Positions 35,237 to 46,375 of a stretch of DNA of 64,000 bases are shown piece by piece. The position numbers and the translations under genes were made by a program. The notes under the pieces were generated by a model. The model saw only the letters and a program-made list of their open reading frames with translations. It had not been told where the DNA came from and did no database searches. Source of the DNA: Rebecca billardiae RCC1528. Lineage: Eukaryota; Protista; Haptophyta. Position 1 is the first letter of the stretch. The number at the start of each line of letters is the position of its first letter. The stretch is taken from NCBI GenBank assembly GCA_965240325.2, contig OZ251222.1:3286001-3350000 (forward strand). The letters run 5' to 3'.

Positions 35237-36211
35237 ATGCTCCGCCGCGCGGCTGCAACGTACCGAGCGGCGGCTGCCCGCGCCACGTTGGGCGCCGTTC
35301 GCCCAGCCGCCACTGCTGCCACGATCCCGGGCGCGAAGTACGTCGAGGGCTTCACCGACTCGTACGCGCCGCTCTTCCAGCTTGCAGACGACAAGACGAC
35401 CGAATGGAAGCGGCTCGACAAGGCGAGCAAGTACGTGTCCGTGGAGACGCTCAGCAACGGGAAGGAGTGCGTGCGCGTGCAGGGCGAAGCGATCAGCATG
35501 CTCACGCAGCAGGCGATCGGCGATATCTCCCACTTCTTGCGCAAGTCGCACCTTGCACAGCTGCGCCTCATCCTCGACGATCCGGAGGCGTCGCAGAACG
35601 ACCGCTTCGTCGCGCTCGAGCTCCTCAAGAACGCGAACATCGCGTCGGCTGGGATCCTCCCGGGCTGTCAGGATACGGGCACAGCGATCTGCATCGGCAA
35701 GCGCGGTGCGCGGGTTCTGACCGACGGCGACGACGACGCGCGCTTCTCGGAGGGCGTGTACGCTGCGTACACGCAGCGCAACCTGCGCTACTCGCAGGTG
35801 GCGCCGCTCGACATGTACACTGAGAAGAACACCAAGTGCAACCTGCCCGCGCAGGTCGAGCTGTACGCGGACGACGCACACCCGGACGAGTACAACATGC
35901 TCTTCATGGCGAAGGGCGGCGGCTCCGCCAACAAGACCTTCCTGTACCAGCAGACGAAGGCGTTGCTCAACCCGTCCTCACTCATGGCCTTCCTCGACGA
36001 GAAGATCAAGACGATCGGCACGTCGGCGTGCCCGCCGTACCACCTGGCGATTGTGATCGGCGGGCTGTCGGCGGAGCTCACGCTCAAGACGGTCAAGCTC
36101 GCCTCGGCGCGCTACTACGACGACCTCCCCACCTCGGGCGACGAGAGCGGCCGCGCGTTCCGAGACGTTGGCCTCGAGGGGGAGGTGCTCAAGCTCACGC
36201 GCGAGATGGGG

Positions 36212-36264
<53 letters not shown>

Positions 36265-36982
36265 GCTGCCGAGGCACGGTGCGTCGTGCCCGGTCGGGCT
36301 GGGCGTCTCCTGCTCGGCCGACCGGCAGGCGAAGGCCAAGATCACGCGCGACGGCGTGTTCATCGAGCAGCTGTGCGAAGACGTGTCGCCCTTCCTGCCC
36401 GAGGTGACGCAGGAGGACGTCTCCGCTGAGGTCGTCAGCGTCGACCTGAACCAGCCGATGGACCAGATTCGCAGCCAGCTCGCGCAGCACCCGATCCGCA
36501 CGCGCCTCTCGCTCTCAGGCACGCTCGTCGTCGCGCGCGACATCGCGCACGCCAAGCTGCTCGAGCGGCTGCAGAGCGGCGCCGGGCTGCCTGACTACGT
36601 CAAGGACCACATCATCTACTACGCCGGCCCGGCCAAGACGCCCGACGGCTACGCGTCCGGCTCGTTCGGCCCGACGACCGCCGGGCGCATGGACGCGTAC
36701 GTCGACACGTTCATGCAGCACGGCGGCTCGTTCATCTCGCTCGCCAAGGGCAACCGCTCCAAGGCGGTGACCAAGGCGTGCAAGAAGTACGGCGGCTTCT
36801 ACCTTGGCTCGATCGGCGGGCCGGCCGCCATCCTCGCACAGAACTGCATCAAGAAGGTCGAGGTGCTGGACAACGAGGAGGATGGGATGGAGGCGGTGTG
36901 GAGGATCGAGGTCGAGAACTTCCCCGCTTTCATCGTCTGTGACGACAAAGGCAACGACTTCTTCGCAAAGTGGATGGGTTGA
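35237..36982 (+). CDS. Class I (Fe-S) fumarate hydratase, mitochondrial
   Basis: [42 protein letters not shown]; Arg/Ala-rich presequence [10 protein letters not shown]. Confidence 0.95.
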
Positions 36983-37274
36983 CGTGATGAGTGTCGTGAG
37001 AGGATGAAAGGACTCATCTTTGACTGCGCGTCGACGGACTCGTCATGTGAGTGTCTAGCCAATAAGCTATTAGCAGCGCGCTGATATGATGACGATGCTG
37101 ATGGTATACACTACTATATATAGTTATACTAGGTAGGTACTCGAATTGTCTCCGGCGCGCCGGGCGCCGGGCCCGGCGGGCCCTCTCGCGCCGCGCTCAA
37201 CGCGCGCATTGGCGGTGCGCGACGGCGCGCTTGAGCGCCGTGGGGCACCGCCTCATTGACAGCTCAGAATCGTC

Positions 37275-40200
37275 TCACGCCGTGAGCGCGCTTGCCTGCT
37301 GCTGGATCACGGCGAGGAGCACGCTCTCCGCCTTCACGACAGCGTGGCCCTGCTTCTTGAACGTGGCAGACGCAGCCTGCGCGGGGCGCACATCGCAACC
37401 AGCAGTTTGGGGCACGCGTCAGCCCGTCTATTGGGAGGAGGCTTGGCTGGCACTCAGATGGAGTGCGGTGGGGTGCATGGCGCGAGCACTTGTGCGCGTA
37501 GTGGGCGGCCTCGACCCGACGCGTTCTGAGCGCGCACCTTGTCCGCGGGGCATGAGACGACGAAATAGCGCACGTGGTCGTCATCCGAGGGTGCGGGCGG
37601 GAGGCGGGTGGTCACCTTGCCGCCGGAGGCCTCGATGATCAGCCCGAGGTCGTCCGGCTTGGGCATGATCGACTTGGTGAGCAGAAACGTGCAGCCGCGC
37701 AGGCACGGCTCAGCGGCCGCCCGGCCCAGCGACGCCTGCGCGTTGAACGACCACTTGGACGACGCCCCGCGCGCTGAGCTGAAAGTGCCGCTGAGCTCGA
37801 ACGGCGCCTCTGCGACAAAGCCGTGTGCGCGCGCGCTCGCGTCCAGCCACGCGGCGTCGACGAGGTGGCGTGCGCGCTGCGCGGGCGCACACGCGCGCGG
37901 CGAGCGCCGGGGGCAAGGGGCACGTCATGATACACGCCGCGCGTCGCGCACGTGGCTGAGCAGGGCGCGCAGCGTGCACGGCGCACAGACAGGGGTGCGC
38001 GCACACGTCACGCGCACGCGCGAGTGAGCGCGCGCGCGCGCGTGCCGAGACAGCAATGCACAGCTTGACGGTGCGCTTCACGGTGGTGCGGTCGACGACG
38101 CAGTGCGTGCAGCTCGGCGCCTCCGCCGCGCTCTCGAGCACCTTGCCGCCGCACTCCTTGACCGTCTTCTTGAGCGCCGCCTCGCGCGCCGAGTCCTCGA
38201 AGCAGGTGAAGAGCACGCGCACCTCTCCCGGCCTGTGCGGCACGACCGCTGCCGCACTGTCAGCTGCGAGCGGTGCGGCGGACGGCTGCGGCTGCGGCGC
38301 GGCGGCCGCAGCATCGGAGCGAGCACGCTTGCGCCCCGGGGTTGGCTTCGCCTTCTCCTCGCTCGCTGCCGCCGCCGCGCCATGAGCAGCGGTCGCGGCA
38401 CGCGCACCGCCGCCCTCTCCGCGCGCGCGCTTGGCAGCGGGCTCCTCGCTGGCAGCGTCGGCCGCCGGGGCCGCGGCTGCCTCGCTCTGTGTGGGCGCAT
38501 CGGCAGCGCGCGAGCCGCGCCGCTTGGACGGGCGAGCGGAGGCGGGGGGGTCGCCGCTGCCGCCGGTGTCCGGTGCGCGCGCGCTCGACGCCTTCGCGGG
38601 CGCGGCGCTTTCGGCAGCCTGCGGCGCCGAACGCGTCTTGCCGCGCGGCTGAGCCGGGCGGCCGCGCCCGCGGCGCGCTGGCGGTTCCTCCTTAGCCTCA
38701 CCCTCTTCGTCGACGTCCATCGCGGCCGGCGGCGTGGCGGGCGCAGGCGCTGCACTCGCGGGAGTCGCGCGTGGGCCACCACGCTTCGGCGCCCCCGCCG
38801 CACCGCCCGCGGCGCTGGCCGTCGGCACGGCGGCGGCGCGCCTGCCGCCGCGCACCTTGTCCGCGCGGCTCGCGGCGCGAGGCGGCGGGTCGGCGTGGGG
38901 CTCGGCAGTCGGCTCTGTGGCTGGGTCGGGCGCCTCGATGTCCGCGGGCTCGCTGGCCGGAGGTGCGCCTCGCGGCCGCGTCGAGCGCTCGTCCGCGCTA
39001 GCGCGACCTCGGCGTCGGCTGCCCGCGGGCTCCGCATCGGCCGCTGGCTCCGCGACGGCATCGGCGGCGGGCGCAGCGGCGGTGCGAGATTTAGCGCCAC
39101 GGCCGCGTGCGGGCTTGCTCGCAGCGGGCTCGGCCGCGGCGCGTGCGGCAGGTCGCGAGCGCGAGGCTCGGCCCTTGACCTCCGGCTGGGCCGGTGCGAG
39201 CTCCTCGTCGGCCGCCCCCGGAGCGGCGGTGGCGGGCTCAGCGCTTGCAGCCCGCGCGGCAACAGCCGCGGAGTCGAGCACCGCGCCTGCAGCTGCGGCG
39301 GCGGGCTGCGCGGCCGCGGCCACACTGGGCTGTGACGGCGTCTGCGTCTGCGTCCAGCTCGTGTCGATGAGCGCACCCGGGCTCGCTGCGGGCTGCGAGG
39401 CGGCGGCGACGAGCTGCTTGGTTTGCCTGCTGCGGTGTGGCACGGGGGGCGGGCGAGCCGCTCCGCGGGCGCCGCGCGAGCGCGCGCCGCGCGCTCCGGC
39501 CTCGGGGCCCGCTGGCTGCGCGCCGCTGGCCTGCTGGGCTCCAGCCCGCGCCTCAGGCGCTGCCGCTCGCGCAGCCGCGTCGGCGGCACCGTTCGCGCGA
39601 GTCGGGCTGCCCTCAGCCGCGCGCGTGGCGTGCTCGGCACCGTGGTCGTCGGCATCCGCGCCATCCGCATCGGCCTCAGGAAGCATCACCTGCGTCGGCT
39701 CGCACGCCTCAGGACCGACGGAGGATGGCTCCGCACCCACGGCCTCGGTTGCGCCCAGCGAGGGCGGCGGCACCGGTGGCTCGGTCGCGCCCGGCTCCGG
39801 CTCGGTGGCCGCGGCACCACCGCGGGGCGCCGCGACGACGGAGGGCATGGTGCCCTCCACGGGCACCGTCGTGGGCGCCGCACCCAGCTCGCCCTCACCG
39901 TACGCGGGCGAGAGGCTGTGGCCAGCGTCGAGTTCGCCGCTCGCGCCGTGCGCCTCCGTCTCAGCTGCGGCCGCTGGTCCAGCAGCATCGTCAGCGCCGC
40001 CGGGCTCGATGACCTGCGTCTCTGCAAACGCGTTCGGGTCCGGGTCCGGCGGGTCCGGCGCGTCTGTGTCCAGATCGGCGGACTCGTCGTCCGCATCGCC
40101 AGGCCCTTCCCAGACCTGCGTCGCGTCGTTGTCCACCTGCATGCCCCCGGGCGCGGCGGCGGGCTCCGTGCCGACACGCGCGGGCTCGAGAGCACCGGCT

Positions 40201-41084
40201 GCGGCGGCCGGCAGCTGCTCAGTGGCGGCATCGTAGGGCGAGACGGGGACCGGCGGTGTCGACGTGAGCGGCGGTGGTGACGCATGCGGGCGGGCGTCTG
40301 CGGGTGCACCTTCCCCGAGACCTGGCTCTGCGGTCCCATCGCGCGCCTCGGCTCCGCCCTCGTCCTCGCCCTCAGGCGGGGCCGTCTCGAGCGAGCACAC
40401 GCTGTCGTTGTCACCGTCTGCATCCCCTGGCACAGCGCCGCCAGACGGCGGCGGGAGGGCAGGCGGCGGAGGTGGCGGCGCTTCGCCACGAGCGTCGCCG
40501 GCGTCGTCCTCGAGGACGGGCGAGGCCACGCCATCGCCGTTGAACTCGCTGCCGAGAGGCGAGCCGACCACCTGCGACGGAGGCTCGTCGCCAGGTCTCG
40601 GCGAGTCTGGATGCGGCTCGTCGAGGCGCGCGGGGACGGGAGGAGCAGGTTCGCCGGTGTCCACGTCGTCGAGCGGGGGTGTTCCGTCCACGTCCGCGCC
40701 GCCATCCTCGTCGGCGCCGCCCAGCATGCGCACCTTCACGCGCGTGCTCGCAAACATTGCGCAGCCATCCTTTGGCCACATGGCGCGCACGTTTGGGTCA
40801 AGCACACGGCCGTTGAGCCTGGTCTTGTTGGTCGAGCCCAGATCGGTGAGGAACCACGAGTGCGCGCCGTCGAATTCCAGCCGCGCGTGCTGCTTTGAGA
40901 CGCCCGGCCGGTCAAGGACGATGTCGCACGTAGCCGCAGAGCCGATCACCCACCCAAAGCCCGCCCCGGTCAACGGGAGGATGAAGTCCGTGTCTCCGCC
41001 CTTGGTGAGCACGACCAGCTCAGCCGGCGCTGGGCGAGCATCCTCCTCCTCCTCGCTGAGCTCGTCCATCTGCAGGGTGGCCAT
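37275..41084 (-). CDS. MDC1-like FHA + tandem BRCT DNA-damage mediator, 3 exons
   Basis: N-terminal FHA (VSKQHA, DLGSTNKT); long disordered linker; tBRCT VLFT..THCVVD..KRTVKL..WL. Introns 37877-38045 (GC-AG) and 37377-37537 (GT-AG). Confidence 0.8.
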
Positions 41085-41375
41085 GGCGCGTGTGCCCGGC
41101 GCCCGCCCTGCCCGCGACGGTGGTCAACGGCACGCCGACAGAAGACGGCCGCTGCCGCGCGGAGGCTGAGCGCAGCGGCGCAGACTCGCAGAGCCGCTGA
41201 CGGCCTGACGGTCGGCAGGGCCAAGGCAGGGCCCTTGCGCTGAGCAAGGGTGTCGCTGAGCAACCAGGTCTGAAGTCATCACCCTCTCGAGCTCGACTCT
41301 CACTCGGCCCTCCCCTTGCGGCCGTCACCACCCATCGACGAGTTCGAGTGCGGGCTCGACGCGTGACGACTCACG

Positions 41376-43097
41376 ATGTCTGCCGACGTGTCGGCTGCCG
41401 AGGTGTCGGCAGCCGACGTGTCGACGGCCGCTGCGAGCCTCGCTGGCTTGGCCTCGGCCACGCCAGCCACCTCAGCCGCTGAGGTGGCCGGAGGGCCGTC
41501 AGGATCGCGAGCGGCTGATTCGGTCCACGGACAACCCGCCGTGCCGGGCATCGGCCTCCTCGGCCATGGCGATGCTCTCCCACTCCAGGGCAAGTCGGGG
41601 GAGACTAGTGGCCCCGGAGAAGCGGGCGGAGCGTGTACGCCCGTGGCAAACGCTGTCGTCCGTGTCCTGCCGGTCATCCACGACGGCAAAACCGCCGCCG
41701 TGCTCGCCGAGGAGGCGCGGCTCGGGCGCGAAGAGGATTTACGGAGGTATGAACAGTCGAAGGCGCTGGCGCGCGAGCGGCAGCGCAGATATCGGGCGAA
41801 GCTGGCGAAGCGCGAAGCCGAGCTTCGGCGAGAGGACGAGTGGCAGCAGTCGGACACTGTGCCCGGGGGCGACTCGGTCACGCCGAGCTTGGCGGGGACG
41901 TTTCCGGGCGGGCAGCCTTCGGTGTCGCCAGCTGCTGGCGCGTCTGGCGAGCCGGGGGCTCGGGCAGGGCCAGAGGATGTGCAGGCAGCAGCACCCGCCT
42001 GCGCACAGCCCGCGCTCGACGACGATGCACTACAGCGGATTGCACAGCGGAGGGCGTCGATGCGCGAGCGGCAGCGCAGGTATCGGGCGGCGCAACGGGC
42101 GAAGCGCGAAGCTGAGTACTTGCGCGAGAGGGAGAAGCGGCTGGATTGCACCAGCGAAACTGCCCCCGAAGCCCGCCTGTCGGGCGCCCCCGAGCCCGAG
42201 CGCGACTCCGTCACGCCGAGCTCGCTTGGGACAATGTCGGGCGGGGAGCAGGCGTTGGCGTCGCCGGCCGCTGGTGCAGGCGGCGAGCCGCGAGCAGGGC
42301 CAGAAGGCGTGGAGGGAGCAGCTCTCGACTCGCTCGCAGCAGCAGCTGTGCGCGCCGTTCCCGCTGACCACGGCTCAGGCGGTGGCAGCGCCGGCTCCCC
42401 CGCGGCGGCAGCTGCCGTTGGCCCTACACTCAACGATGCGCAGCGCCGCGCAGAGCTGAGGCGGCTCAAGGATCGAGAGCGGCGCCGCAGGTACATGGCA
42501 GATCCGACGAGCGGCGAGCGCGCACGACGCCGTCAACAGGAGGCCCAGCGCAGGTACCGCGCCCGCCTCGCGCTGGGCCAGAAACTTCGAGCGCGGCCCT
42601 TGGAGGAGAGGGCAGTCAGGCAGTCCTCAGCCACGGGCGATGCTTCTGGGCCCAGCGCGCGCCCATCGCCCGTGCGCGCAGGCGATGGGTGCGACGCGTG
42701 TGGGTGCGCCACTGCCGTGGCTGTCGCTCTTCCAGTCGTCACGAGTGTGCAGGTGGCGTCGGACGACTCGCACTGCGACGAGCTCGAGGTGGTGACCTCT
42801 GAGCTCTTCCCGGAGCCGGGCCACACCGAGCCGGCGGGTGCTCGCAGCACGCCGGCGCAGTCGCACGAGCAGCGCCTCGCTCCGATGGTGCCTGTTGACG
42901 GGTCTGCCGCTGAGCTCGAGCCGGTGATCGAGGATCTGGACACCGACGCCGAGTCTGCTGAGCCCGAGCCTGAGGCCCGCGGGAGCGAGGAGCTGGAAAC
43001 TGGCTCGGAGGCCGCTGCACGCCGCGCGCCGCCATCCGACTCCGGGCGGCTGATCGAGGATTTGGACACCGACTCGGAGGCCTTGAACAGCACGTAG
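41376..43097 (+). CDS. Hypothetical protein with four basic helical RxRQRRYR-type repeats (putative DNA-binding)
   Basis: ARERQRRYRAK, MRERQRRYRAA, KDRERRRRY, QEAQRRYRAR; an internally duplicated module of about 100 aa; IEDLDTD twice. Confidence 0.65.
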   Translation: MSADVSAAEVSAADVSTAAASLAGLASATPATSAAEVAGGPSGSRAADSVHGQPAVPGIGLLGHGDALPLQGKSGETSGPGEAGGACTPVANAVVRVLPVIHDGKTAAVLAEEARLGREEDLRRYEQSKALARERQRRYRAKLAKREAELRREDEWQQSDTVPGGDSVTPSLAGTFPGGQPSVSPAAGASGEPGARAGPEDVQAAAPACAQPALDDDALQRIAQRRASMRERQRRYRAAQRAKREAEYLREREKRLDCTSETAPEARLSGAPEPERDSVTPSSLGTMSGGEQALASPAAGAGGEPRAGPEGVEGAALDSLAAAAVRAVPADHGSGGGSAGSPAAAAAVGPTLNDAQRRAELRRLKDRERRRRYMADPTSGERARRRQQEAQRRYRARLALGQKLRARPLEERAVRQSSATGDASGPSARPSPVRAGDGCDACGCATAVAVALPVVTSVQVASDDSHCDELEVVTSELFPEPGHTEPAGARSTPAQSHEQRLAPMVPVDGSAAELEPVIEDLDTDAESAEPEPEARGSEELETGSEAAARRAPPSDSGRLIEDLDTDSEALNST

Positions 43098-43517
43098 TCC
43101 CTGGCGGCCGCGACACTGTGAGTCACTGACAGCGGCCAGCGCTGGCGGCGCGCCTTGTAGCGCTGGCCAGTCGTCGTGTGATATGGTATAGCTGGGCTGG
43201 CAGACCCGGGGCACGGCGCCCCGGACATAACTTGTAGCAGCTAATAGAATAAGTAGTCGTAAAGTCTTGATATGAACCAGCTAACTCGGACGGCACTCGG
43301 ACGGCGCCGCTACGACAAGAGTCAAGAACTAGCTAAGAAGAATTCCGCCTGCTCTTTAAACTGCTCGAATTAGCTCGCCGCCGCCGAGGCGGAGGTGGCA
43401 TCATAAAACTCATCCGAGTCATCAGTACGCGCTGGCACACCAGGGTTCTGAGACTCACACTTACACAGTCTCACAATAACTAAATCGGCCCGCGACCGTA
43501 TTCTCTGCTGCCTGGCA

Positions 43518-43645
43518 CGCGGTGCATAAGGCTCGGTATGCTCTGCCACCAACGCCGACATCGTGTCGACGATCGGGCACTGCCGCCGCGACGAATCAGG
43601 AGACCCGAGTCGTCCTACCTGTGTCGTTAAATCATAGAATGAGTA
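43518..43645 (+). repeat. Dispersed repeat copy (inverse copy at 51879-52018; fragments at 4441-4469 and about 45816-45836)
   Basis: TATGCTCTGCCACCAACGCCGAC..GATCGGGCACTGCCGCC..GAATCAGGAGACCCG..TACCTGTGTCGTYAAATCATAGAATGAGTA. Confidence 0.88.
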
Positions 43646-44365
43646 CGTGCCCAGTTATCTCACAGTCACACCGCACTGTACCGTGTCAGACACTATCTTA
43701 ACTCGGCTGAGCTTATTCACTCTTGTCCTTTCTGTAACTAAAAGAGTCTTGGCACCGCAGTCAGCTGTTGACTTGAACGGCAGAGCCGCCAGTCAAACAC
43801 GCGGACCGTGCAGGACCGGCTGGCGGCTGGTAAGTCCTGAATAGCGAATGACCGTCCGCGCCGGCGGCTGCCAACAGTACCGTCCAGATGACAATCGGAC
43901 ATCGTCCGCCGCAAACGGGGCAGCGGCCGACTAGAGTGTTGAATCCATGGAGCACAAGAGACAAGGCTGTTTGTGCAAGCTGATCCGGCACCTTGGAGGA
44001 CAGTGTGGCCAGGCGCGTGCGTGGTCGCTGTCTGCCATCCTGGGCCTTGGGGATGTGTTCATGACGCAACATGCCGCCATGCCGGTCGTCACCGGATCAG
44101 GTGGAGTCGTGTTCGCGCCGCAGGGGGCGTCCGGATCTTGTAGACCGGACAAGCGCGCGAGGCGCCGCTGTTGGCGCGCCGGTCCGGGGTGGCAGCCAAC
44201 TGGCAACTGCAGGCGCCTTTTCCTCGAAACCACCCAATCTTGGTACTTCCGTACTTACGACTACAAGAGCCCAGGAAACCTGATGCTGAATAAATCCTGG
44301 CCGCCGTTGGATCCGCCAGGCCGCCATCCGCCCGCGCTCGAGCATCCGTCGTCGACACGCCCACG

Positions 44366-44977
44366 ATGTTCTTCGTTGTCAAGGCAACGCGCGACGAGCA
44401 GGAGTCATTGGTGGAGGATGAGTGTGACGAGGCATCTCCCGCGGCGCCGCCTGCCGACGTGAAGCAGCCGCCCCCGCCTGAGACTGCGAAGCCCAAGGCC
44501 GCCCAGAACAAGACGCCCCAGGAGATCCTCGAGCAGCTGCTTGCCGCCTTCAACGAAGCCGTTGGCCGCGCGTTCGGCAAAAAGGCCGAGGCGGTTGCAC
44601 CCGGGGACTACGAAGAAGATCCTATCGCATCTGCCCTCGAACCCGCGCTCGACCGCGTCTTGGCGCTCGTCCAGTCTATCGCGCAAGATGGTGAGGACGA
44701 GGCGAAGCGTGATCTCGCCGACATGATTGCGGATCTCACCTCGGGCTTGGACGATAAGGCGCTCGCACGCCTTCGTGATCCGACTGTTCTCTGTGGGGTC
44801 TTCCCCACCCTGAGCGATATCGAAGCCGATCTGCTGGCTGACGCAGTCCCAAGAGCGGACGATAAGGGTGTGCCGCCACCGCCGTGGGAGGGCGCACATG
44901 CGGCAGCACACACGGTGGCATCTGAGGACCCTGTTGCCACATCTGCGAGCCAACCTCCGGCGGTGCCTGTGGTTTGA
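44366..44977 (+). CDS. Hypothetical acidic helical protein (possibly a 3' exon or pseudogene)
   Basis: 203-aa ATG-initiated ORF with protein-like composition; no motif recognised. Confidence 0.45.
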   Translation: MFFVVKATRDEQESLVEDECDEASPAAPPADVKQPPPPETAKPKAAQNKTPQEILEQLLAAFNEAVGRAFGKKAEAVAPGDYEEDPIASALEPALDRVLALVQSIAQDGEDEAKRDLADMIADLTSGLDDKALARLRDPTVLCGVFPTLSDIEADLLADAVPRADDKGVPPPPWEGAHAAAHTVASEDPVATSASQPPAVPVV

Positions 44978-45318
44978 GCATCAGTGCGGCCCTAGCCCTA
45001 GTCAAACGTCCTAAGTCAGCACACAGTAGCTACTCAGCAGCACCACCCGTGTCTGCAGTATTATTAAATAATGAATATAGGCAATGCCCTCGGTCTTACG
45101 GCCTGACTAAGTGATTAGTGCACGGACCGACTAACGGACTACCGTACTGCTCAGTAACAGTGTAAGCTCATGCAGTGTCTAGTCGTCGGCGCAGGCGGCA
45201 GCGCCGCGCTTACTTCTTACGCCCGGCGCACGGCCGACCGCGGCGGTTGCGGATTCTTACATTATAATATAATCACCTAGCTGATTATTAAATAGTCTAA
45301 AAATTGACTGCGCTGCGT

Positions 45319-45803
45319 TAAGCCTGACGGCTGAGTCTGAGTCAGACCTTGTCAGACGGTCACTGTTACACTCACAGTGACAGTTACGACTCACGACGAG
45401 TTTCGGACGATCCAGTATAGTAGCTTGATGACAGTACGGTCACGGGGCCCGGCATCAGCTGGTGGCGGCACCAGCAGAGTAATACCGGCGAGCTCGGCCG
45501 CCAATTATTCTACAAGTACGGTGATCGATATAGTACCGACTGCTGCTGTAGTGCTGACGATTTAAGCCTGACGGCTGAGTCAGACCCTGTCAGAGTCACA
45601 CTCACAGTTACGACTCACGTTTCGCGGACGATCCAGTAGTAGCTTGATGACAGACTATACGGTCACGGGGCCCGGCATCAGCTGGTAGCGGCACCAGCAC
45701 AGTAATACCGGCCGGAGCTCGGCCGCCAATTATTCTACAGAGAAGTACTGCTGCTACGGTGATCGATATATAGTAAGACGACTGCTGCTGTAGTGCTGAC
45801 GAT
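45319..45803. repeat. Tandem duplication of about 243 bp, diverged by short indels
   Basis: TAAGCCTGACGGCTGAGTC..CTGCTGCTGTAGTGCTGACGAT at 45319-45561 and 45563-45803. Confidence 0.92.
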
Positions 45804-46375
45804 GTATTGTACATGTCGGGCACTGCCGCCGGCGACACTCTCCTCACTCACTAGTCACTACTGTCTACTGTCGGCTACCCTGAGGCTGACTGCGCCGTAT
45901 TATTAGCAGTCACGACTGCGAATAATGTACGGACTGATGCTGATCCTCAGTCTCATCACCGACTGATCTGTGAGTGATCGTGATCAGTCCTGCCGTCCGT
46001 GAAACTCCGATCCGCGTGATGATCATGATGGCGCCGGCTCACGGTCGACACGGACGAGCACATATACTAGCTAGTGATACTCTGTACTCTGACTGACTGG
46101 TCCGCTGAGTTAGCGTGTCTGAAATTGTCTGTGCTTATTATTATTATATATATAATAATAATTATTATTAGACTGGACGACGTGATCGAAGCGACTGTGA
46201 CGACGAACGGACTGACAACGCCACAACGGTGCGACAGATGAGTCAGCAGATCGAGCCGTCGGCACGCCGGACGCGGGACGGCACGCTGCTGCCGCTCCTG
46301 ATGACCCTGTCCTGCCCGAACCTTTAGTTAGGGCGCAGTGTCTTAGACTTAGTGAGCCAGATGCCGCACTGTGAA

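Noticed and set aside
35237-36982. Bacterial contamination or recent HGT of intronless class I fumarase
   Set aside because: It has a mitochondrial presequence, host-like codon usage and eukaryotic neighbours; class I fumarases are known in many protists.
14535-41084. Cell-cycle/DNA-repair cluster (FANCL, CDC20, NAA50, MDC1-like)
   Set aside because: The genes are interspersed with unrelated ones; chance co-location is sufficient.
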